Origin: an uncultured Acidobacteriota bacterium
GTDB lineage: Bacteria > Acidobacteriota > Terriglobia > UBA7540
Assembly: GCA_963804995.1 (NCBI GenBank)
Contig: CAWDSK010000006.1
Span: forward strand, 224,001 to 288,000
Direction of reading: 5' to 3'
DNA length: 64,000 nt
Under the pieces are notes generated by a model. It was not told where the DNA came from. It saw nothing but the letters and a program-made list of their open reading frames with translations, and did no database searches. A program made the translations under genes and the position numbers. Positions 52,259-62,946 of the stretch are shown here, one piece after another (the stretch's first letter is position 1; every line of letters begins with the position of its first letter).

Positions 52259-53812
52259 ATGGGAGCGCGGAGGATCTTAGTGTCCGGTTTGATGGGATTA
52301 TGCCTGGCGGGTTCAGTGGCCGTCGGTGGCGGACAATCCACAAACGCGAGCCTGGAAGATGGGATTCGAGCTCTCAAAGCCGGCGAATTTGCCCAGGCCC
52401 GGCAAATACTCTCCGAAGTGGTGAAGCTTTCCCCCTCGGCCGAGAATATCAGCTATCTGGCGATGGCCGAGGCCGGCACGGGGGATCTGGCTCAGGCGAT
52501 TACCGACTTTCAGCAATCCATTCATCGGGGGAATGATTCAGCGGGCGTACATTACAACCTGGGAATTGCCTATCTGAAATCGGGTCAACCCGAAGACGGA
52601 ATTCGCGAGTTGCGCTTGGCATTGGCCAGGGATCCGAAGTACTCAGCGCCAAATTACCCCCTTGGTGTAGCTCTCCTCGATGTGCGGCGGCCCCGCGAAG
52701 CAGTTCCGTATCTTGAGCAGGCCCGGACGCAATCACCTCATAATAGGGAAATCTGGGCCAGCCTGATACGCGCCCAGTTCGAGCTTGGTAACAGCCCCGC
52801 CGCGCTGCAGGCTGTCGATCAAGCCGTGCAAGCTATTCCCGGCGATACCCGCTTGCTTGTGATCCTCGCCGGACTCTGCCTGCAACATGGCCAAGCCCAG
52901 AAGGCCCGTTCCTTGCTTGAAACCGCCAATAAGGCGAATCCGCGCGAACCGAGTATTGCCCTGGCGCTGGCACGCGTAAGCCTGCAGGTGGGAGATCCCA
53001 AGGAGACTCTCTTCGTACTAAGAGATTTGCCGCCGGAAGCTGGCAAGCCGGGCGAAACCATGTTCCTGCGCGGCGAGGCTCGAGCGCTGACCGAGAACCT
53101 GGTGGTTGCTGATTCAGACCTGTCCGCGGCCGTTGAGGCAGAGCCCCAGAATGTCGACTATTTGGTAGCCTATGCTTGGGTAAAGCAGCTTGAGCTGAAC
53201 TACCAGGATGCCTTGACGATCCTTGAGAAAGCCCGCGCGCTCAATGACCAGATCCCCGCTATTCACTACCGCGCCGCGGTAAATTACTATTCGCTGGGCA
53301 AGTTTACGGAAACGATCAACGCTTGTGAGGACACCATTCGACTCGCGCCCTCCTATGCCGAGGCCCACATGCTCTTGGGAGTGGTGGACCTCCAGAAAAA
53401 GGACTTTGGTACGGCGGAGGCGGCATTCCAGCATGCCGTCGCTCTAAAACCTGACGTGCCTGAATTTCATCTATTATTGGGAGTGGCCTTATACAAAAAC
53501 GACAAGTTTGAGGAAAGTCGGAAGGAGTTGACCCGGGCACTGGATCTTAATCCCCGCTTGGCCTACGCCTACTTCTACCGGGCGCAGGTGCTTTCACACG
53601 TTGGTGAGCGGCCAAAAGCCATCGCGGACCTGGAGACTGCGGTGGCACTCCAACCCCACTACCGGAAGGCCTACACGGAACTCGCGCGGCTCTATGCAGT
53701 TGATGGTCAACGCGAGAAGGCTGCGGCCGCGTTGGCAAAGGAAAAAGCGGAAGTACACCGAGACGAGGACGAGAACGCGCGCTTGCTTCAAGAAGTTGGG
53801 GCCTTGCCATAA
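52259..53812 (+). CDS. Tetratricopeptide repeat protein
   Basis: Multiple TPR units (HYNLGIAY, AHMLLGVV); signal peptide. Confidence 0.9.
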   Translation: MGARRILVSGLMGLCLAGSVAVGGGQSTNASLEDGIRALKAGEFAQARQILSEVVKLSPSAENISYLAMAEAGTGDLAQAITDFQQSIHRGNDSAGVHYNLGIAYLKSGQPEDGIRELRLALARDPKYSAPNYPLGVALLDVRRPREAVPYLEQARTQSPHNREIWASLIRAQFELGNSPAALQAVDQAVQAIPGDTRLLVILAGLCLQHGQAQKARSLLETANKANPREPSIALALARVSLQVGDPKETLFVLRDLPPEAGKPGETMFLRGEARALTENLVVADSDLSAAVEAEPQNVDYLVAYAWVKQLELNYQDALTILEKARALNDQIPAIHYRAAVNYYSLGKFTETINACEDTIRLAPSYAEAHMLLGVVDLQKKDFGTAEAAFQHAVALKPDVPEFHLLLGVALYKNDKFEESRKELTRALDLNPRLAYAYFYRAQVLSHVGERPKAIADLETAVALQPHYRKAYTELARLYAVDGQREKAAAALAKEKAEVHRDEDENARLLQEVGALP

Positions 53813-54017
53813 AAACTGCCGGAGGCAAGCGCCGAGACCACTGTGACGGCCAGCTAAGAGGTGACCTGTGGGCCGTCACCCCCCGACGAAGAAGTCGACT
53901 CGCTCCACTTCGAATCGCTCTGAGCACAGCGGAGAGGCTGGTGGCAAACTCCGCGAAGAATCTGGCTCCCCGCTAAGGATCGCGAAAGTTCGCAGGCACA
54001 CCGCGGCTTTCGAGAAC

Positions 54018-55220
54018 TCACGGATGGCCGTCTGTGACCGCCGCCCACATGCATCTGACCAAGCCTGCGCCGAAGGCCAGACGGTCCTCAGTGGTAGGGA
54101 CGCGCCCAAGCTTGGAGTCGAAATCTACGGTCTGCTCCGTCAACGTAGCAGGAATCTTGCGGTCATGAAACAACCCCTGGTCCACGGTCATCCGGCCCGG
54201 CATTCCGGGGGTGGTAGAGAAACCGGCGTCGCGCAGTGGTACGCCGGGATCGAACGATGTATTTGCGACCAGAAGGTCAAAGAAGCGTTTGATTAGCTGT
54301 TGAATCTGCGGACTGCCGGCAGAGAGAGGTCCCTCCAAGTACTCTCCATTGGTGTTGTGCATGGAAAGGAAGAGATCAATCCGCCGTCCTGCATCGACCC
54401 AATCCAGCATGGCTTTGTGTTGTGCTGCGATTTCGGGCATCAGCTTCGGATCCACGGTGTCCCAATTTCGGTTCAAGTCATAGCCATGGTCGTTGTATCG
54501 GACGCCGCCGCGGGCCACGCCGTCCGGATCGGCCATTGGAAAGATCTTGAAGACGGCCTCGTCGCGAATGCGTTCAGCTCTCGGATCGGAGGAAAGCAAG
54601 AAGCCAAGTGCGCCTTCAGCTACCCAGGAAGTGCTGGCTTCCCAGGCATGCTGCCGGGCCATCAGCCATAACACTTTCTTATTAGCATCCGAAACTGAGG
54701 GGTTGGTGACCGTGAGCAGCAACATGTCCCTTCCCTCAACCGTCTTGCCGACGACTTCTTTGTGGAGATAGGGGCTGCCGCCGGAAGCGGCCAGCAGGCG
54801 CGCCAGATCACCGGTGGTGTAAGGGGGCACGTGCGCAATCCACATGCGGTTTTTCAGAGGCGTGAAACGCAGGGAGAGACTAGTCGTCTGGTTGTTCCAT
54901 TGGACTTCCTGATCACTGAAAAACTGCCAGGTCTTGTTATCATAACTGAAGGCAGGTCGCGTAGTTTTTGTAACTGACAGGTCGACACTGCTGTAGTTGT
55001 ATTCGCCCACAAGGTCGACCAGGTCTAGGGTGATTTCCCGCCCCGCGGCGTCGTCTAGACGGAGATAGTACCAGCTGGCCTGGCGGTTTCTCCCTCTCTG
55101 ATCCACCTCACCATTTACCGCGCAGCGAAAGTGCGTGGGCGAGACCGGCTCGACCTTCCCCAGACTTCCAGCTTCGAAGTTCGTGTGGAGGCTAACGGCG
55201 AGTAGTAACAGTGGAATCAC
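54018..55220 (-). CDS. M14 zinc carboxypeptidase
   Basis: NFEAG, ARQHAWE, DLNRNW, SMH. Confidence 0.88.
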   Translation of the reverse strand: MIPLLLLAVSLHTNFEAGSLGKVEPVSPTHFRCAVNGEVDQRGRNRQASWYYLRLDDAAGREITLDLVDLVGEYNYSSVDLSVTKTTRPAFSYDNKTWQFFSDQEVQWNNQTTSLSLRFTPLKNRMWIAHVPPYTTGDLARLLAASGGSPYLHKEVVGKTVEGRDMLLLTVTNPSVSDANKKVLWLMARQHAWEASTSWVAEGALGFLLSSDPRAERIRDEAVFKIFPMADPDGVARGGVRYNDHGYDLNRNWDTVDPKLMPEIAAQHKAMLDWVDAGRRIDLFLSMHNTNGEYLEGPLSAGSPQIQQLIKRFFDLLVANTSFDPGVPLRDAGFSTTPGMPGRMTVDQGLFHDRKIPATLTEQTVDFDSKLGRVPTTEDRLAFGAGLVRCMWAAVTDGHP

Positions 55221-55431
55221 TCATGTCCTCCTGCGCCGCCACCGTCCTCGGCGCCACTCCCACGCCCCTCCTACAAGCTCAGGCGGTTATGGGACCGGCG
55301 AGAATCCGTTCTGGCAGCAATCGGCTTACTACCCGTTGCAAGCACATGCGAATCTTGCCTTGTGCCATGCGCCGACTTACTCCAAGTGGATAACGCGCTG
55401 ATGCCCGGTAGACTCGTTCCATCCGGGGTTT

Positions 55432-58400
55432 TCAGAAGTGAAGCTTTAGGGCGAATTGAATCGTCCGTCCTCCTTGCCGGGTGGAATTCACCAATCCAAA
55501 ATTAGAGTCAGGGAGGCGGCTATGCGGAGGAGCAAAGGTAGTTTGGTTCAAGAAGTTGAAGAACTCTCCCCTGAACTCCACGGATCTATTCTCTCCAAAG
55601 GGCCAATGCTTCATAAACGCAGAATCCCAGTTCAATAGCGGATCGGAGAAGAGAGCATGCTTACCCGCATGGCCTTTGGTCCCAAAGGGCGGCATTTGGT
55701 AGGCTGCGGTATTGAACCACTCCGTTAGGGTTCGGTTCGAAATCGCGTTGGGATCGCCGACCAAATCGGGGAATTGGTCCATGCGTCCGACACTTCCTAT
55801 ATTCTCGTTGTCACCATGGATATATGCGACATAGGGCGTGCCGCCATCGGCCGCGATATTGCCCGATAGCGACCAGTGGGCGAGCGCCGCATTCGCCCAT
55901 GGGCTCTGACTCCTGAAGGGAATCTCATAAATATAGCTGGCGTTAAATATCTTCTCGATGTCGAATCCCGCTGGCCCCCAAAACTCGTGATCGGCGATGG
56001 TATACCGCGTGGGGTTAGACCCAGAAGAACTGCTGATCAGGGCCGCGGTGGAGCTTATCCCGTCCGCGTCATCCAAGGCCTTTTGCCAAGTGAAGGCAAC
56101 CAGGAAAGTCAAATTCTTTGAAGTGCGCTTATCAAGTCTCAGACTCAAGCCGTTGTACCTTGAACTGTTTTCGTGATAATTGTTCTCGACGTAAGGTGGG
56201 AAATCGGGCCATCGCTGCCTATTCTGGTAAGGGTCCGTACCAGGGGTTACCGCCACGTTGTCGATGATTTGGGAGGGAAGCTTGACGCCGTGGGATCCTA
56301 CGTAGGAGACCTCCAGCATCATGGAGGGTGTGAGCTGCCGTTGCACGGAGAAGTTCCACTCTTCCACATAGCCTGTTCGCGAACTTGAAGTATCAAAATT
56401 CATGCCCTGCGACAACCCCAAAGCCGTGGCGGTAGCGACCGCAGGACCGGGAAACGGGTTCTGAATAAAAGCGGTGGGAGTCGTCAAGTTCAGGCTCCCC
56501 AGGGTTTCGCTGAACGAGAAGGGCCAGTTGCCGTGGTTGCTCTCTTCGCTTTGTGCTGTGGCACCGAACGCGTCAGTGAAAAGGCCGTAGGCCGCGCGGA
56601 CCACCGTCCTTGGAGTTATGGAATAGGCAATCCCCAATCGGGGCTGGTAGCCGCGATAATCTGGAGCGACTCCGCCCCGCCGAACGTTGGCAGGAGCCCC
56701 AGTGACGGGATTCTTGATGTCCCAGAGCATCTGGCCCGTCTCCCACTGAAAGGTTGAGCTCCCATAGCTGTTTACCAGCGGAGCAGCGTAATCCCACCGC
56801 AATCCGACGTTGAGAGTCAACTTGGGAGTGACTCGAACGCTATCATGCACGTAGTAGGAGTACGCCATGTCCGAATAGTCGCCGGCGGTAGTTCCTGCGA
56901 GGCGCCCGGCCGCATCAGGCAAACCCAGCAGAAAGCTCGCCAGAGCACCTCCAGTCCCCGCGCCAAAACCTGTCTGGTCCGCGGTGAATTCTTCAAAAGT
57001 CCCGGTCTGACAGTCGGTGAAGAACGTGTTGCGCGCCACACGCCCACCGAACGAGATCGTGTGGCGTCCTTTGGTTTTTTGTGCGTCGGCCGTCCACGAC
57101 CACAAGAACTCAGGCCCGTCGCTGCCCATACCCTGACCGATACCCGCATAGTCACCGATCGACAGGGGAGGCAATAGATCGAACTTCCCGCGGTATGGAG
57201 GAAAAGCATCCACCATGCCCGCCGCCTTGAGCACATCCGGTCCCGCACTACCGTATTCCGGGTTCGTCCTCTCCAATCCAAATCGGACCGTCACCAGACT
57301 TGTAGCACTAAGGGTGTGCGTGTCGCTGACGGCTATATTCGTAAAGTGATTGGTGGCACCTGAAGGAAGGGCAGGCAAGCCAATGCTGGACTGCGGGTTT
57401 CGTGCATCAGTAATGCGGGCGTAGAAGCTGTCCTTCTGGCCAAACTGGTGATCCACGCGGACACTCCACTGGTCATAGGTGCTGGTGTCTGCGCCCGTAT
57501 TTAGGTAATTAACTCCAGGAATGACCCCTGGCGCAAGATTCGGGAGGGGGTAAAGCGCCTTGGCAATAATCAGCGCTGAGGAATTCAGTCTACTGGAGAT
57601 ATTGTTCCCCACAAAAGGTTGCCGGCTAGCGAGGCTGCCGTCAGGGTTGGCCACGCTCGTGTAGGGATCATAAAGTTGCGGCTCCCCGGAGAAGTCGCCG
57701 TTTAACTCCGCCGCCGTGGGTACCAAACCCGTGAAGTTGTCGGCGTTGTGGATGCGAACCCCTTCGTACCACCCATAGACGTACCACGCTCTTCCCTTGG
57801 ACAGCAGATGCGGAATGACCAGAGGTCCGCCAAATGTGCCCCCAAATTGGTTCCACTTAAAGGCTCCGACACTGGGTAGGAAGAAGCTCCTGGCATTCAA
57901 CGCGTTATTTTGCAGGAATTCCCAAGCGTCCCCATGATATCGGTTGGTCCCCGCTTTGGTCACCAAGGTTATGGTCGCTCCGGCAGACCAACCGTAGGCG
58001 CCCGAATCCGCGCCCGATTCTACCTTCATTTCCCCAATCGCTTCCGGCGGAGGATAGGTTGGGATGCCGTTATAACTGACTTGGTTATTTGGGACACCGT
58101 CGATCGTGTAGTTGTTGTCCCGATTTCGCTGGCCGTATACGGAGGGGTTTTCTCCCGCCCCGGTACTGTTAAAACCCGACGAGCCCACACTGAAGTTGTA
58201 TCCACCCGTGCGGATGTATGCCACTCCGGGAAGAATGGCTAAGAGGGCTTGAAAGCTCCTGCCCAGTGTGGGCAACTCAACAAATTGCGTTCCCGTGACT
58301 TCAGACCCCACCGTGGCCGTGGTCGTCTGCAGGAGAGGCGGAGCCTCCTTGACCTCCATTTCCGTTACCGTTCTGCCTACGGATAAAGTCGCATTGAGAG

Positions 58401-58731
58401 TGCTCCCCTGCCCAGCCACCAAGACGATGTTGGTAAGGGTTTGTGTCTCGAAACCGGTCACCTTGACCAGCAACTGATAGGTGCCGGGAAGTATGGCGGG
58501 AATGACATACCCCCCAGTAGAGTCAGTAACCGTTTGGCGGCTGGCTCGTTCGAGGGTACTTTGCAGCGTCACCTGCGCACCCGGAATCCCAGCTCCCGAA
58601 GTATCGCTCACCACGCCACTCAGGGCGGCGGTGCCCAGTTGGGCCTTCATATTCACACTGCAGGCCAAGAACATGACCAGCAGCACTAAGCCTGTAAACG
58701 CGCTCCACACCTTAGAATGAATGCTTATCAT
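55432..58731 (-). CDS. TonB-dependent receptor (copy 2)
   Basis: Colinear paralog of 47486-50779. Confidence 0.92.
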   Translation of the reverse strand: MISIHSKVWSAFTGLVLLVMFLACSVNMKAQLGTAALSGVVSDTSGAGIPGAQVTLQSTLERASRQTVTDSTGGYVIPAILPGTYQLLVKVTGFETQTLTNIVLVAGQGSTLNATLSVGRTVTEMEVKEAPPLLQTTTATVGSEVTGTQFVELPTLGRSFQALLAILPGVAYIRTGGYNFSVGSSGFNSTGAGENPSVYGQRNRDNNYTIDGVPNNQVSYNGIPTYPPPEAIGEMKVESGADSGAYGWSAGATITLVTKAGTNRYHGDAWEFLQNNALNARSFFLPSVGAFKWNQFGGTFGGPLVIPHLLSKGRAWYVYGWYEGVRIHNADNFTGLVPTAAELNGDFSGEPQLYDPYTSVANPDGSLASRQPFVGNNISSRLNSSALIIAKALYPLPNLAPGVIPGVNYLNTGADTSTYDQWSVRVDHQFGQKDSFYARITDARNPQSSIGLPALPSGATNHFTNIAVSDTHTLSATSLVTVRFGLERTNPEYGSAGPDVLKAAGMVDAFPPYRGKFDLLPPLSIGDYAGIGQGMGSDGPEFLWSWTADAQKTKGRHTISFGGRVARNTFFTDCQTGTFEEFTADQTGFGAGTGGALASFLLGLPDAAGRLAGTTAGDYSDMAYSYYVHDSVRVTPKLTLNVGLRWDYAAPLVNSYGSSTFQWETGQMLWDIKNPVTGAPANVRRGGVAPDYRGYQPRLGIAYSITPRTVVRAAYGLFTDAFGATAQSEESNHGNWPFSFSETLGSLNLTTPTAFIQNPFPGPAVATATALGLSQGMNFDTSSSRTGYVEEWNFSVQRQLTPSMMLEVSYVGSHGVKLPSQIIDNVAVTPGTDPYQNRQRWPDFPPYVENNYHENSSRYNGLSLRLDKRTSKNLTFLVAFTWQKALDDADGISSTAALISSSSGSNPTRYTIADHEFWGPAGFDIEKIFNASYIYEIPFRSQSPWANAALAHWSLSGNIAADGGTPYVAYIHGDNENIGSVGRMDQFPDLVGDPNAISNRTLTEWFNTAAYQMPPFGTKGHAGKHALFSDPLLNWDSAFMKHWPFGENRSVEFRGEFFNFLNQTTFAPPHSRLPDSNFGLVNSTRQGGRTIQFALKLHF

Positions 58732-59511
58732 TCCACACCTCTCCCTCCGCCCTTCTTTCGGCGGTTGAAATATGGCGGTCGAGCTGCAACGGCTGATGGG
58801 GTCATACGCACTACCCCGTACTTAGACTATGCGAGTTAAAGACGAGACATGATTGGCATGGTCAACCGTCTTTCGTTAACCACTGGAGGAAAACTTAAAT
58901 ACGCTGACTTTCTAATGCATTTATGGCGCGGACTCTAGTCTCTTTCAATCTCCGTGTCAATAGATATTTGCGAAGGATATTTGCGAAGGTTGTAATCCAT
59001 CGGTTTCCACTGGGCCGGGCGTGCTACCACAAAAGCCGCCTTAAGCGGACCGACCACGTGCTGATTAGACTGGACATTTGACGCGCTGACAAAAGCTCAA
59101 GCACAAGCACGTTTGCTCAGGCAGCTAGACATCACCTTTCATGGCAGTAAACTCTTTTGGGAACGTGGCAGCAAGCGAAGCTGCAAGAGCATCGCCAATG
59201 CCCGACGAAGGGTCATTTTGATAACTGGAGGAACAATCATGAGATCGCTGACCTTCCTACTCATGAGTTTGATCTTGGCGTGTTCACCGGCCATTACGCT
59301 CGCGCATGGGCCTGTCTGCTAAAGATCCGCCGGGCTAATGCCTTGAGAAGTGGTGAAGGGTATGTTGCCGGCCGACCGGGAAGTTATAGTGCAAATTCCG
59401 GTTGACATGTTCCCGCAGGGGCGTACACTCCTCGCAAAATGTTGTGGCTATCAAGCCGGTAAGCCGTTCACCGCCCCGGCGGATGGATCTCTGACCGTAG
59501 GAGAAACGATT

Positions 59512-60510
59512 ATGAAATCGCGATTCTCATCACTTCTGGCAGTGACGGTAATCTTTTCATGCGTTGGAACGGCTGGGGCAGGACCAAATCCCGCTGTGCG
59601 CAACCATTTGGTTCGAGTAGTCACGGTCAGCCAGGAGGGACTGGATGTAGAAGGAAACAACCTGTTGGAGCCGACGCTTGAGCTCCTGAATCGTGCGGCT
59701 TCTTTCCACCCGGACATTGTCTGCCTCCCCGAACATTTCAGCGGACGCACACCGCAGACCGTCCCTGGGCCCGTCACAGACAGGCTGGCGGCCTGGGCAC
59801 GCGAGCACTCCTCCTATGTAGCCTTTGGATTGATCACCAAAAAAGACGGCAAAATTCACAACTCCGCAATCCTGATGGACCGCCAGGGGCAGATCGTCGG
59901 ACAGTACAACAAGCTCCATCCCACGGACCAGGAAATCAAACGCGGAATCCTGCCGGGTGAGGATACAGGTTTATCCGTGTTCAAAACGGACTTCGGCACC
60001 ATCGGACTCCAGATTTGCTTTGACGTGAACTGGCGCGACGAATGGCACAAGCTTAAAGAGCATGGTGCACAGCTCGTTATCTGGCCCTCGGCCTATCCGG
60101 CGGCAATGCAACTTCCGGCTTTGGCGCTGACCAACGAATATTTCATTATCTCTTCGACCGGCAGGGCGTCTGCGTCCATTTACGACATCACAGGGCGGGT
60201 CCTGGCCACCACAGGTGTCTATCAGGAATGGGCAGGAGCGGTGCTTCCCCTCGGCAAGCGCCTCTTTGAGACTGACTACAACGCTCCAAAGGCGCGGGAA
60301 ATCCAGCAGAAGTACGGGTTGAGAGTCGAGGTCACCTGGTACCATGACAGCGACTGGATAACGCTGGCATCGCTCGACCCAGAGGTGAGAGTGGAAGACC
60401 TTATCGGGGAGTACGGTTTAATCCCTCTGGATGCGTACATTGCAAGATCCACGAAGATAATCAACCAGACAAGAGCTGAGGCGGAGGGCAAAGTACAAGT
60501 GACCAAATAG
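59512..60510 (+). CDS. Carbon-nitrogen hydrolase (nitrilase superfamily), exported
   Basis: CLPE, YNKLHP, QICFD catalytic triad motifs; signal peptide. Confidence 0.88.
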   Translation: MKSRFSSLLAVTVIFSCVGTAGAGPNPAVRNHLVRVVTVSQEGLDVEGNNLLEPTLELLNRAASFHPDIVCLPEHFSGRTPQTVPGPVTDRLAAWAREHSSYVAFGLITKKDGKIHNSAILMDRQGQIVGQYNKLHPTDQEIKRGILPGEDTGLSVFKTDFGTIGLQICFDVNWRDEWHKLKEHGAQLVIWPSAYPAAMQLPALALTNEYFIISSTGRASASIYDITGRVLATTGVYQEWAGAVLPLGKRLFETDYNAPKAREIQQKYGLRVEVTWYHDSDWITLASLDPEVRVEDLIGEYGLIPLDAYIARSTKIINQTRAEAEGKVQVTK

Positions 60511-60608
60511 TTTTACCAGAAGTGTGGCGGCACGTGATCGGCTTACCGGACTGGTAATTCACCCCTTGGCATTCGTTTCTTCAGCCTCTCAGCGTTAACT
60601 TCGATTTG

Positions 60609-62423
60609 TCAAGATCCCGCCCGGGGACCGTGAGGCGATCGATCTTCCCGGTTTTCCCTCCTTATTATTCCCGATCCCTCTTTGATTGTTAGGATCTGAT
60701 TGACCGCGACATTAGTGAACCGTTCCACCTTATCCGTCGTCGGCCACTTCACTTCGATTGCATCAATCTGCTTGGATTGTCCCACGCCAAAGTGAAGGCG
60801 CAAGTCGCTTTGCGACATCACACTACTTCCGCTGTGGACCTCATCGATTTGTGTATGCTTCCCAGTGACTACGCGCACCCGCGCTCCGATTGCCGTGCGG
60901 TTGCAATTGGTCCCGAGCAATTTGATCTTGATCCAGTTGTTCTTATTGCCACCGTCGTTACGGAGGAGCGACGGCACATCGTTCATGTTCAGCACTAGAA
61001 CATCCATGTCGCCATCATTGTCGTAATCACCGAAGGCACAACCGCGGCTGGAGTAACATTCGCTGATGCCTGGCCCCAGTTGTGCCGAAACGTCCTTGAA
61101 CTTGCCGTTTCCGAGGTTCTTGTAAACAACTCGCGGGGTCTTGAACTGCGGGCCCACACTATATTTTATGGTTTCCGGGTAGACGTGCCCCGTCACGTAA
61201 AGAATGTCGGTCCAACCATCGTTGTCATAGTCCATGAACCCCGCGCCCCAACAGACGTATTGAGAAACGCCAAGCCCAACGTGTGAAGCTACGTCCGAAA
61301 ACGTTCCGTTGCCGTTGTTGCGATACACGTTCGGTGTGTCATCTGAAAAGTTGGTTTTAAAAATGTTGAGCCAGCCGTTACAATCATAATCAGCGACAGC
61401 CAAACCCATGCCGGCCTGCTCCGCGCCATCTTCGTTGTATGCACACCCGGCCATCACCGCGATGTCCTCAAAAGTCCCGTCGTGTTTGTTGTGGAACAAG
61501 ATGCTGGGCCCGGAATCCACGGCCACGTAAATATCCGGCCAGCCGTCGTTATCGAAATCGTACGCGACAGCCATCAGTGAAGAGCGTGGCCCCGGTTCCA
61601 GGATGCCGGCTTTTTCCGAAACGTCGGTGAATGTTCCATTGCCATTGTTCCGGTAGAGGATATTCAGCCCGCTGGGAAGGCCCCGCGGACCGCACAATAC
61701 TGGGATGCCTTTCCACATGCAGTAAGTGGCTTGGCCGGGCACTGGCACTTTGCTGATGTCGAGCTCCAGGTAGTTGCACACAAACAGGTCCAGGAATCCG
61801 TCGCGATTGTAGTCGAACCACGTGCAACCCGAGCCCCAACGAACCCGATCCTCCCAAAGTCCTGCTTTCTTTGTAACGTCTGTGAAAGTGCCGTCGCCAT
61901 TGTTGTGCCAAAGGAGGTTATGCCCCCAATAGCAGCAAAACAGGTCATCCCAGCCGTCGTTGTCGTAATCGCCCACGCAAACGCCGGTGCCCCACCCGGT
62001 GCGCCCGAGGCCGGACTTCTCCGTCACATCGGTGAACGTGCCGTCACGATTGTTCTTGTACAAATGCTGGCGGGGTGTGTTGCCAGGCTCGTAGATCTCA
62101 TCGAACCGAACACCATTGGTCAGGTAAATATCCAGCCAACCGTCGTTGTCGTAGTCGAAGAAGGCAAGCCCGGTGCCTTTCGTTTCAATAATATACTTCT
62201 TGCTATCAACCCCTCCCCACACGTTGGGGACTTTCAGCCCCGCCTGTTCGGCCACATCTACAAATGTGACCGAGGAGGAATTCTCCGGATTTGGAATTGT
62301 AGCGCCCTGGAGCGCAGGGGCGCCTTTCCAACGATGAGACGGTGTGGTGAGGACCTCGAGGAGTTTCGACCCAAGCAAGACTGCTGAGGAACCCAGAAAA
62401 TAGCGGCGGGGACATTTGATCAT
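60609..62423 (-). CDS. CRTAC1 / FG-GAP + ASPIC/UnbV protein
   Basis: Repeated DYDNDGxxD, NNGDGTFTDV, LHFGVG. Confidence 0.92.
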   Translation of the reverse strand: MIKCPRRYFLGSSAVLLGSKLLEVLTTPSHRWKGAPALQGATIPNPENSSSVTFVDVAEQAGLKVPNVWGGVDSKKYIIETKGTGLAFFDYDNDGWLDIYLTNGVRFDEIYEPGNTPRQHLYKNNRDGTFTDVTEKSGLGRTGWGTGVCVGDYDNDGWDDLFCCYWGHNLLWHNNGDGTFTDVTKKAGLWEDRVRWGSGCTWFDYNRDGFLDLFVCNYLELDISKVPVPGQATYCMWKGIPVLCGPRGLPSGLNILYRNNGNGTFTDVSEKAGILEPGPRSSLMAVAYDFDNDGWPDIYVAVDSGPSILFHNKHDGTFEDIAVMAGCAYNEDGAEQAGMGLAVADYDCNGWLNIFKTNFSDDTPNVYRNNGNGTFSDVASHVGLGVSQYVCWGAGFMDYDNDGWTDILYVTGHVYPETIKYSVGPQFKTPRVVYKNLGNGKFKDVSAQLGPGISECYSSRGCAFGDYDNDGDMDVLVLNMNDVPSLLRNDGGNKNNWIKIKLLGTNCNRTAIGARVRVVTGKHTQIDEVHSGSSVMSQSDLRLHFGVGQSKQIDAIEVKWPTTDKVERFTNVAVNQILTIKEGSGIIRRENREDRSPHGPRAGS

Positions 62424-62571
62424 GCGTGACCTCTGTGCCGTAGTTTGTGGAAACTAACCTTTGCCTCCACTCGCCTGAATCCAGTAGCGGGGCGAGAAGC
62501 CATAATGCCATACTTTTGCAGTTGAAGGTGATCTCGCCGCGTAAGATAAAGATACAAGAGGGCAGCACACC

Positions 62572-62770
62572 TGTCCATGCCAAAAATCCCGTTCAGATTG
62601 AAATCATTGATCTTACCGGAAGGCATTGCTACTGTTCTGACCCTATGTTCACTTCCGTACTCTCCGCGTTGTTTAGCCCGGTTATCTCAGTGCGCCCCAA
62701 CGGCGCAGATCACCAGTGGCGGAAGGACCCTGTGCCTGCCAGAAACTCCGTCCGGATTGAAATCATTGAT
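62572..62770 (+). mobile_element. Two orphan ends of the same element family as the end at 47227
   Basis: TGTGCCTGCCAGAAACTCCGTCCGGATTGAAAT at 62731 (29/33 to the 47227 end); related copy at 62572. Confidence 0.65.
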
Positions 62771-62946
62771 GCTGATTCGCTTCCGCTGCCGTTATCCGCA
62801 CGCCACCCAGCCCGGACATGGCTAGGGTCGCGCCCATGGTTCCTTGAACATCACGCTCAAGGTATTGCCTGCGGTTGGCTTTCATAGTGGACCTCCTGCC
62901 GCACAGTTTGTGGACAAAAGGATCTTTGCTGAACCTCCTTGGGTGT

